From: Oculina patagonica
Taxonomy: Eukaryota
Assembly: GCF_052425735.1 (NCBI RefSeq)
Contig: NC_135769.1
Coordinates: forward strand, 32,984,001 to 33,048,000
Length of the DNA: 64,000 nt
Direction: 5' to 3'
Shown here piece by piece: positions 24,370 to 34,941 of the stretch. How positions within the stretch are numbered: position 1 is the first letter of the stretch; each line of letters begins with the position of its first letter. Made by a program: the position numbers and the translations under genes. The notes under the pieces were generated by a model, which saw nothing but the letters and a program-made list of their open reading frames with translations, did not search any database and had not been told where the DNA came from.

Positions 24370-26352
24370 TTTTCACAAAGCGAAACAGTACCTTCGCCAG
24401 CTGAAACGCTACTCTCACAGAGATAGAAATTTTTGGTCAACTTTTTTGCACAACTCATCTACGATTGCCAAAATGAAAGATACTTTAATAAGGGGGCGGC
24501 AGACGACTCGAGAAGTAATTGTATCAGGCTTTCCTTTTTTTCTTCTTCCCTTTACGCGAAAAAAAGAAAGCCTGATCGCAGGTTACATCTCTCATACATT
24601 TCCCTTCAAAGAATTTGGAAGTAAATATTCAAGATGCTATTTTATTTATAGTGATATCGATTGTTTTGGTGATTGTGATCACTTTTTAGAAGTTAGGTGT
24701 CCAAGTGGAAAATATATTTGACTCTGTGTGTGTGTGAGTGAGTGTTGTCATTGGCTATGGGAAATGTTTGTCAGCAGAGGTTGAACTGAATGTTTCTGGG
24801 TTTTTTTCCAGGGGTGAGAAAGGAAAAAAGGCGTGGTGGCCGATCCTTCTATCCTTTGAAGAAACAAAAATGTGAGCAAGAAACTCAAACTTCTCTAAAT
24901 GAAGATCGTGACATTGTATATTGCTCTGAACTCGTTGCAAAACTGATGACCAGTAGTCCATGCATTGTTCCTCCTGGTGAGTCACATGAAAACTCAAGGG
25001 AAGCCATCGTTACAGAGAGCAGAGAAGGAATACTGACGAGACTTTCAAATGCAATCACCAAAGAGCTCTACCTGATTGTGGAGTGGGCCAAACTTGTCCC
25101 AGGTTTTGACGCACTTTGTAGAAAGGATCAGATTGCTTTGCTGACTGCTGGTGGCATGGAGTTAATTGTGTTTCGAGTCATTTATAGATCCATTCCATAT
25201 AAGGATCATGTGTACATGAGCACAACTACCCTTCTTGTGAGAGAAGATAGTTATAGTGTGCTGAATAAAGAAATTGTTGACATGATTCTAGATGTCGTGG
25301 AGAGACTTAGACCACTGGCTATTGATCAAGTTGAGTTTGCCTGTTTAAAGACAATTCTGTTAGCTGACCCAGGTAATATTCTCAGTAGATATTTCACTGT
25401 ACATAATGATTAAAGAGTGTTTTCTTTTCTTGTCTGTCCAGGCATTAAACCATTTAACCAAATTAAATTGCTTGCAAAGTCCTAAGAGATGTCTATTTCT
25501 GTGCTCCACACATATGTGGGGGGGGGGGGGGTTTGACAACTTCCAGCAGTTCTTTGCTGGATTCAAGTAATATGACTAATCCCCATATAAGTTATTCAGG
25601 TCAAGGGTGTATTTGACATGCAAGTGTCAGTTTCCTTTCATTATGCAAATTATTTGCATGCCAACCTGCCGGCCAACCACATGGTACGTACAACTTCCAG
25701 CCGGGAAGGTAACCATCTGCAGGCTCAATAGTAGTCTGCAGTAGAGTTATTAAACAACATATGCTTTGTCACTGTGGGCTCTGTTACCTATCAGCAGATA
25801 ATTTGAACAGCTCTAAAATTCAGTTGGTTTCATCCATGAGGATGGACCGTTTAAGATCAAACATTGTCACGTTATTAGTCAGAGAAGATGGAGTCTCTTT
25901 TTCTTCCCTCTCAAACTAAATTGCATTATTTAAAATGATCATGAGCAGGGAACTTTGCTTCCAGTAGCAGACTGAAATGGTAAATTAGACCTGACAGACC
26001 TCAGACATTATGGGTCTTAAGTGCAAAATAGGAAGTTATTTGCCTCGTCCAGACTTAAAGCTCATTCTGCAGTCCTAACATCTATGTATGTTTTTCAGAG
26101 ACACCTGGTCTTTCTGACAAGATGGCTGTTGAAGCACTTCAAGGGTCATTTCTTGGAGCTCTTAAAGAGCACATGGAATCAACTTACCCTGATCATACTG
26201 GACGCTTTGCAAAGCTACTTCTCCGTCTTCCAGCTCTGCGTGACGTATGCACCAAGGGTTACCAATATTTTTTACTTGTGCGAGCTAAGCTCGAGGGAGA
26301 AATTCCCATGTCAACACTGTTACAGGAAATGTTTGAATCTGCAAGGTTTTAA
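22677..26352 (+). CDS. Nuclear receptor, NR3/ERR-like (candidate cnidarian NR3E), 3 exons, 365 aa
   Basis: Exons 22677-22959 (two C4 fingers, P-box CEGCKS), 24812-25372 (T-box [11 protein letters not shown]; [30 protein letters not shown]), 26099-26352 ([16 protein letters not shown]-2 [11 protein letters not shown]); 1098 nt in frame. Confidence 0.92.
23347..24585. mobile_element. AcademH-like non-autonomous transposon with RecQ-helicase remnant, in NR intron 1
   Basis: TIRs taacctgcgatcagg / cctgatcgcaggtta; 9-bp TSD catctgtca / catctctca; 23631-23715 translates KAKQRECI...[11 protein letters not shown] (RecQ motif 0/I start); contains the N gap. Confidence 0.75.
24140..24281. other. Assembly gap (N run) with low-quality homopolymer flanks
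   Basis: Run of n, flanked by poly-C/G/T/A tracts. Confidence 0.99.
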
Positions 26353-28312
26353 AGAACATTATTTTTCCAACTACCCTTCATCTCCTCCGCACTGACTGCA
26401 TGGCAGTTACAAGTTCCAAAGGTTGAATGTATCAAATCAATGCAGATTCTTGAAAAGTACTTTAAATGCTGGTTTTCAAGTATGTAAACTTTTCACAATC
26501 TTTCTCAAAATGAAATGCTTTCTATGAAAAATCAAACAACTTTGATAAACCTCTTTTGCACCTTGAAGGCCAATTATGAAAGTCCCTAGTTTTACAGGGC
26601 AAGACTTAAAGCGTCTATGTACTGTGTCTACTTATTCAATTTTTTAATGGTGTGTTAGCACAGGTTAATGTGTATAGGTTAGGTGTCCCAATTAGCATTG
26701 TATGCTAGCAATTTGACACGATAATAAAATTATCATCATCATCATCATCATAAGACAAAGTACTCTTAAGGATGGGCCAATACCAGTTTTTTAAATCAAT
26801 ATAATACCCGGAAATACTGACTTACTACTGCAATATATCAATATCGATACTGACTTTATTGACTTAGCTGGTATATCACATGATTTGTTGATCAAAGAAA
26901 GGCAGTATGGCACTGTAAATATTGATCATCACTGTGTTTTTTTTTGCATTAGCAATGTATGGACAACAAGTCAAGGAAGTCAAATGTTTAAATTTATTGA
27001 CAAAAATACCATTAATTGTTAATTTCAGGCTCTACTCAATATCAAATTTATAAATGTCAGGAGCTGACCAGCAGACCGCGGGCTCACGCATATCAAAAGC
27101 TTTAATATTTTTTGGAGTATTATTATTTCCTATAATGTTTTTGGTATTGCAGTATTGAATATTTGGTATCGGGTAGAGGACCATCCTTAGCACTATATTC
27201 AAAATAAGCCGTCTGCCTACATCCGTGGGAGGGCCAGTACTTTAGGATGGTAAAATAAGAACCAATTATAAGACATTATTAAACATATTTTCTCTCTTAT
27301 TTTGTGACACCTCCCCACCCACCCCTCTTTGTAAGAAAAAGAAGCACCCAATATTGTCAAATTATTTCATACAAATCCCTATCACTTGTTTATCCTTTAG
27401 TACCTATCTGGGCTGATCACTAACATGTATTTCCACAAATCACTGATTTTGTTGTGTAATGTAACAAATATCCTCAATTTTATGTAAATAAGTTTTAATG
27501 CAAAAATGGCACCCTGGGTGGTTGTTTGATTGTTTGTATTTTGCAATTCACGACAGCAAAAAGCAGTGCAAATAATAAATGTGGTATTAGCTTCGTTACA
27601 GTTGAATTCTTTTATACGGTTCTGAGTCTACAATTTGCGAGCTTTTCTGTATTAAATAAGGTTGCGTACATGTATGATTACGTTTTGTACAAAAAAGTAT
27701 GTTAGAAAAGGGAAAATCAATTTAATAGAAAGAAGAATAAATTTGATCTGCATATTAACATGTGAATCTTTATACAAATAAACATAAATTTTATAGTACT
27801 AAAACTGCTATTTTAATCAAGTTTCAAATGCTTGCCCAGTAAACCTGGTCTGCCTGAGTAATTTAACATAAATCACTGATTCATGGAAACTTAACACTTT
27901 CAATGCCAAACATAGGCGTACGAGGCGGAGGGGGGGGGGGGGGGGAGGAAAGGAATAAACACTATACCGTGGACCGATTTTAGAATGTCAGAAGCTGGAA
28001 ATAAAAAGGCCTAAAAGGAGTATTCTCTACAAAAGCTATTAGTTTTGTTTGTCAAAGAATAAAAGTTGACGGAAGATTTTTTATTATACCGCCATATATC
28101 ACTCGTGGCTGCTCGTTTCTTCGCCGCGGGGGCTCGTTATATCGCAGGAGATGTTCTCCTGTATCATCGCAGTTCGCTTTATCATCGAGGAGCGTAGACG
28201 AACGAGGCGGGGAAAACGATTGGAATTCTGGTAACAAGCCAGGAGAATAAACTAGAAAATAGGCCTACAAATATCAGCATTACACCCAGAATGAATCGCA
28301 TCAATAGAAATA

Positions 28313-28802
28313 CCGTATTTACTCGAATAAGCGCCGCGGCGCTTATTAAATTGTTCGCGTCTCAAGTGCGGCGCTTATTCGAGGGTGGCGCTTATTTAAA
28401 ATTTGGACGCCACAAATAATCTTATCTTTTACAGGTATTGAAAAGAGCGTCTTTTGATTGTCAGTTTTTGTCTCTTGCTGAGACAGAAGTGGCGCTAGCT
28501 GTCCTGGAAAAGGTTGGCGGCCTTCGCAACATTTACAGAACTACGCATTGTTAGAGTGTTGAATAGAAAAACTAATGGGAGAGCGAAAAAACAATCACTC
28601 ATAACTGCAAAACATCGCTTTTGATGCAAAGAAATGTTCAAGCTTGTCTTAGAGTTGCTTTGTAGTGCCGTTTTAAGCAAAACGAAATTCTTCAAATAAG
28701 CGCCGCATCGAGACTGCGGCGCTTATTCGGGTGCGGCGCGTATTAACTTTTGTCTTAAATGCGGCGCTTATTCGGGGGCGGCGCTTATTCCAGTAAATAC
28801 GG
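28313..28802. mobile_element. Tc1/mariner-pogo-type MITE, TA TSD
   Basis: ta|ccgtatttactcgaataagcgccgc ... gcggcgcttattccagtaaatacgg|ta with repeated gcgcttatt motifs. Confidence 0.85.
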
Positions 28803-29058
28803 TAGTTTTGGAAACTTACCGAACTTTGTGTAACAAAAAGTCTAAATTTCTCATTTATCTACTTTCGTTTCCTTTTAGAAATTTCTATAACCATGTTTCA
28901 ATTTTTCTCCCAATTCAAACTCGCGTGCGTCTCAGTTTGATTCAGCTGCAATCATTTCGAAGTGAGTGGGAAATTGTCGAGGGCGACCAGACTATTAGAC
29001 TTTTGCATAGCTCGCGCGGTGGATCCAGTGCCGTAAGAAGTTGAAATAAAGCTGTTAC

Positions 29059-29942
29059 TAGTCCAGTCCCTGAATTCTCTCTTCGATGTTGCAACTAACG
29101 AAGAGATGCATCAAGAAACAGAACCGATAACCCGGCAACACATCAAGAACGGTCGATTAATTATGAGAAAAACCCTCAGAAATACGTATTCACAAAACTG
29201 GCTGGGCACCCAGAATAGTTCATCGTCAACTTCAAGAAAAAAATTTACACACAAGGAAGTTAAAAAGAGCTATGAATTTGAGAATTACTTAACAACAGTT
29301 AAAAACCCAGCACACAGAATAAGCCTGACAAAGCTTAGATTAGGATGTCATGCATTACGAATACAGACTGGAAAATATGAAAATAAAGGAGCATCAATCC
29401 CAGTAGAGCAAAGAACATGCTTGGTATGTAAACAAAATTACGTAGAAGACGAAAAACATTTTTTGATGTGTTGCCAGGGGTTTACAGCCATAAGACATGA
29501 ATTATGTTCTCACATTTCAAAGGTTGATGTAAGGTACATATATTTAAGTGAAAACGAGAGGATTAAGTACCTACTTAGAGCTGACAAAAAACATACATCA
29601 AAAATAGTAGGTAAATATATACATTCAATGTTTCAAAAAAGGAAAGAGCTTCTTAACTTACAAGCACAATGAACATTATAATTTATTTAATTTTTACATT
29701 GACATTATGAATTGTATAAGAATCTAGTTTTTTGTTATTTCTTAAATGTATTAGTAAATGTTAAAACCTTTGTTGTAAACGGACCAATGGAGGGTAAGGC
29801 GCAATAAAGATATACTATTACTATTATTTTTCCGCACTCCCTTATTTATAGGGGCTGAACCCAGGTGCGAACCTCTTTTCGCGCCTGGGTTCAACCCCTA
29901 TAAATTAGGGAGCGCGGATGAGAGAGTTTAGGGACTGAACTA
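29059..29942. mobile_element. Palindromic TAG...CTA MITE (9-bp TSD) interrupted by a LINE fragment
   Basis: tagtccagtccctgaattctctc / gagagagtttagggactgaacta termini; agctgttac duplicated at 29050-29058 and 29943-29951; hairpin core 29831-29920. Confidence 0.8.
29084..29830 (+). mobile_element. 5'-truncated non-LTR retrotransposon (LINE ORF2 C-terminus plus 3' UTR)
   Basis: ORF 29106-29672: RISLTKLRLGCHALRIQTGKY...RTCLVC...EDEKHFLMCC (CCHC region of LINE ORF2); aataaa then tactat-type tail at ~29803-29830. Confidence 0.85.
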
Positions 29943-30877
29943 AGCTGTTACATATACGATGAAGCTAATGCTTTTGACTCAAACGTAAAGCTCTAATCAT
30001 GAGCGCTAGCTCAAAACTCTTAGTGAAATATAATAAGAGAACATTTCGGTAATTTTTATAGTAAAATTGAAATGTAATAACCCATTTAATTACCCCTGAG
30101 TGTATAAAAAAAGAGGGGGAAATAATGTAGATTGGCTACCCTAACATACCATTTGCTGAACTTCTGAGATTGAATTAAAATAATTTACGAAAAAAAAAAA
30201 AAAGAAACATCTGACATCTGACACACTGACATCTTTGAATAACGCCACGAAATTAATTAAAGAGCTGACTTTTTCTTTAAGCAAACAAGTAAGGTTTACA
30301 CGCAACTATTTTGATGCATGTTTTGTTGTCCATTTCACGTGCCTCAAATAGTCAGCCTTCACCGCATGTCGCTTTTTTCGGAAAATAAGGTGCCCCTTCA
30401 GGCCTCATGGTCCGAAGGGGCCCGTACGGCTATGCCAGGAAGGCTTGTTATGTCGTCGAAGGAGTTTGTTTTATCCCCCCCCCCCCCCCCACCCCACACA
30501 CCTATTTTCGCAGGGTAAGTTCGTTCAACTGAGTATGGCGCAGAGCAGATTGTTGCCTTCCAGACAAAGTTCGTTCGGGAGGTACGGTACTTCGTAATCA
30601 CAAATTCCGTTTCGTGTGGGTACTCGTCGTATCTATTAGGACTGGCCTGGGGAGGTGTATACTCAAAGGCACATCGTCGGCGAAGTCGTCGTCATCCTTG
30701 TTCGTTGTTATAATTATCGCAAATTTCGTTATCGCGAGGCTCGTTATGTCCGGAGGCTTTTTAAATCATTTTTCTTAAAAAAAAAACAAATAGCAAGTTC
30801 GTTATACGTGACACAAATTGTATCGAAATTATTCTAGAAGATCGAGCAACAAAACAACAACATACCCTTTACCGTGA

Positions 30878-33072
30878 TCGATTAGTTTATTTGCTGTAAT
30901 GACGTCAAGAATCACTACAATATCATATCCGTTAATTAGATCGCCTTGTTTATTTGCTGTAATGACGTCAAGAATCATTTCAATATCATAGCCCTTAGCT
31001 TAACTAGATCGGCTTGTTTATTTGCTGTAATGACGTGAAGAATCACTACAATATCATAGCCGTTAATTAGATCGCCTTGTTTATTTGCTGTTATGACGTC
31101 AAGAATCATTACAATATCATAGCCCTTAACTAGATCGGTTTGTTTATTTGCTGTAATAACGTCAAGAATCATTTAGCCCTTAATTAGATCGGTTTGTTTA
31201 TTTGCTGTAATAACGTCAAAAATCATTTAGCTCTTAGTTAGATCGGCTTGTTTATTTGCTGTAATGACGTCAAGAATCATTACAATATCATAGCCCTTAA
31301 TTAGATCGGTTTGTTTATTTTCTGTAATGACGTCAAGAATCATTACAATATCATATCCCTTAATTAGTTCGGTTTGTTTATTTGCTGTAATGACGTCAAG
31401 AATCACTACAATATCATATCCCTTAATTAGATCACCTTGTTTATTTGCTGTTATGCCGTCAAGAATCATTTAGCCCTTAATTAGATCGGTTTGTTTATTT
31501 GCTGTAATGACGTCAAGAATCATTTCAATATCATAGCCCTTAATAAGATCGGCTTGTTTATTTGCTGTAATGACGTGAAGAATCACTACAATATCATATC
31601 CGTTAATTAGATCGCCTTGTTTATTTGCTGTTATGACGTCAAGAATCATTACAATATCATAGCCCTTAACTAGATCGGTTTGTTTATTTGCTGTAATTAC
31701 GTCAAGAATCATTTAGCCCTTAATTAGATCGGCTTGTTTATCTGCTGTAATGACGTCAAGAATCACTACAATATCATATCCGTTAATTAGATCGGTTTGT
31801 TTATTTGCTGTAATGACGGTCCGGCAAGAATCATTACAATATCATAGCCCTTAACTAGATCGGTTTGTTTATTTGCTGTAATTACGTCAAGAATCATTTA
31901 TCCCTTAATTAGATTGGCTTGTTTATTTGCTGTAGTGACGTCAAGAATCATTACAATATCATAGCCCTTAACTAGATCGGTTTGTTTATTTGCTGTAATT
32001 ACGTCAAGAATCATTTAGCCCTTAATAAGATCGGCTTGTTTATTTGCTGTAGTGACGTCAAGAATCATTACAATATCATAGCCCTTAACTAGATCGGTTT
32101 GTTTATTTGCTGTAATAACGTCAAGAATCATTTAGCTCTTAGTTAGATCGGCTTGTTTATTTGCTGTAATGACGTCAAGAATCATTACATTATCATAACC
32201 CTTAAAGATCGGTTTGTTTTTTTTTGTAGTTTTTTTTAGATCGGTTTGTTTATTTGCTGTAATAACGTCAAGAATCATTACAATATCATATCCCTTAATT
32301 AGATCGGTTTGTTTATTTGCTGTAATGACGTCAAGAATCACTACAATATCATATCCCTTAATTAGATCACCTTGTTTATTTGCTGTAATGACGTCAAGAA
32401 TCATTTCAATATCATAGCCCTTAATAAGATCGGCTTGTTTATTTGCTGTAATGACGTGAAGAATCACTACAATATCATATCCGTTAATTAGATTGCCTTG
32501 TTTATTTGCTGTTATGACGTCAAGAATCATTACAATATCATAGCCCTTAACTAGATCGGTTTGTTTATTTGCTGTAATTACGTCAAGAATCATTTAGCCC
32601 TTAATTAGATCGGCTTGTTTATTTGCTGTAATGACGTCAAGAATCACTACAATATCATATCCGTTAATTAGATCGGTTTGTTTATTTGCTGTAATGACGT
32701 CCGTCAAGAATCATTACAATATCATAGCCCTTAACTAGATCGGTTTGTTTATTTGCTGTAATTACGTCAAGAATCATTTAGCCCTTAATTAGATCGGCTT
32801 GTTTATTTGCTGTTGTGACGTCAAGAATCATTACAATATCATAGCCCTTAACTAGATCGGTTTGTTTATTTGCTGTAATAACGTCAAGAATCATTTAGCC
32901 CTTAATTAGATCGGTTTGTTTATTTGCTGTAATGACGTCAAGAATCATTACATTATCATAGCCCTTAATTAGATCGGTTTGTTTATTTGCTGTAATAACG
33001 TCAAGAATCATTACATTATTATAGCCCTTAATAAGATCGGCTTGTTTATTTGCTGTAATGACATCAAGAATT
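30878..33072. repeat. Satellite array of 63-bp and 54-bp units (~36 copies) with higher-order structure
   Basis: Consensus aatcattacaatatcatagcccttaattagatcggtttgtttatttgctgtaatgacgtcaag; the short unit lacks acaatatca. Confidence 0.95.
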
Positions 33073-33878
33073 CCCCTTTATTTATGTCAGTTTGTTCATA
33101 ACTAACTTGTTTGTTATTTGGCTGAATGTTCTCATGCCCACCACTTTCACCGTTACAGTTTTACATAGTAAATACAGTGGATGGCATTACTGACTTTTTT
33201 ACGTAACTCCGTAAGTCTCTCTTGGATCGTTTTCGGCGTACACGCGCTCACGTACTTTCTTCGTCAAAAGGAACTAATATTTTGTACTTCATAGTCCTGA
33301 AGTTTAAATGCCGCGTAACGCAGACAAACGAACCAGTTATTAAACTATTTCACAGAAAAATGTTCGCTATTTGGGTTATTTGTGTCTTTTCCAGCAGAAT
33401 ATGTCGGAATGATGGCGTCCAGCAGAACAAGAACCAAACGGTGGACGACCAGGAAAATCAAAATATGAGAAAAAGATAAGATACAGTTGGACAAGGCTGG
33501 CGCCCAGAACTTGTTTTGATCTCCATGTAGTATATAAACAAGAAGAGCTCTTAGGAATGTAAGCTTTAAGAAATAAGTCTGGAAAAATCTGTGTAGGCCG
33601 CTGTTCTAAATTCGGAATGATCCTTTAACATTGGAATCTCGATTTCTAGAACCGTGAGGTGAAACGAAAGTTGGTTACGGGTTAAAACTGCAGTGTTCGA
33701 CTTAGGGAAGTAAATCCAAGGGAAATGACGTTTGGTTTGAGTAATCGAGGGTTCAACAAATCAGAATTCTACTGTATTTTCGATCCAAAAAACGAATAAA
33801 AAAAAACATATAACACTAAACACAACCAGTATCTCGAGCTTTGTTCAATAAACAATTTTATTTATAAAATATAAAGTA

Positions 33879-34297
33879 CCGTATTTATTCGATTAAGCGC
33901 CCAACCTCGAATAAGCGCCCACCTCGAATAAGCGCCCACTCTGTAGGTAGGAAAAGTTAATAAGCGCCCAGCCTCGAATAAGCGCCCACCCCCACCCCCT
34001 AAAAAATGACATGCACCAGAGGAGTAAAATGAGAGGTGAGAAATTGACTAAGTACTAGTTAGAGACCACCCCGAAGACCAAGCTTTCTCAATAATTTACA
34101 GAAACTTTCAAGGATCAGTGAAAATGCGACTCTTGGAAATCTTCACGTTCTGTTATTATTTACTTTTTCTTGCAAAATAACCGTACTACTTGCTAAAAAT
34201 GGTGAAAATTTAATAAGCGCCCAGCCTCGAATAAGCGCCCACTCTCAAGGTCCAAAAATTTAATAAGCGCCCAGGGCGCTTAAACGAATAAATACGG
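33879..34297. mobile_element. Tc1/mariner-pogo-type MITE, TA TSD
   Basis: ta|ccgtatttattcgattaagcgccc ... gggcgcttaaacgaataaatacgg|ta with aataagcgccc repeats. Confidence 0.85.
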
Positions 34298-34941
34298 TAC
34301 CTAAAATCATATATCTCTTTCATGAATATTTGTATGCTGTAGTGTCATGCATAATTTTAATTTCTAATATCCTTTGGTTTTTATAGATTTATTCCACCAT
34401 ACTAGAGGCTGAACTGTAACAAACGATCAATATTCACACAAAATTTAAAAATACAAACACGACATAGCTTGGGTACTAGAGGTTTCTCTGCATGGCGCCG
34501 TTGAGGACTGGTCAACCGAAACATGCCACGAGAAAAGCTTTTAGCACAAAAACAAAACACGACAAACTCAAAAAACAAATTGTAGCCTTAAGAGTCAAAC
34601 GATTTTCGTTGTGTAGTCATTTGCATCAATAAAGAGAGCGATGTTTAAATTCGATTTGAAAATTCCACACTGATGACGCAGCATAACAGAGATCCGTCTC
34701 TCTGATTGGTTGAATTTCCGCGCACAAGTAAACCAAACAGAGAAACAACACGGATCTCTGTAGTACAGTCTACATCAACAGTATGGAATTTTTGGCTCGA
34801 ATTTCACACATATCTTTCCAGAGGATGTAAATGAGTGCTGTTACCAGGTTCCGACGGTTTCGTACTGCCAAGGCTAAGCTGAACCAAGCTTGCACTGGCA
34901 ACTCAAATATAATCCCAGGCTTAGTAACACTAATTTTCTAT

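Noticed and set aside
23974-24458. Pro/Gly-rich ORFs spanning the gap
   Set aside because: Artefacts of Ns and homopolymer-rich low-quality sequence.
25825-25875. Possible hammerhead remnant in NR intron 2
   Set aside because: Core and stems too degenerate to support.
30975-32593. Repetitive ORFs (MILDVITANKQ...) as a repeat protein
   Set aside because: Translations of the satellite; the 54-bp units introduce stops and there is no splice or start context.
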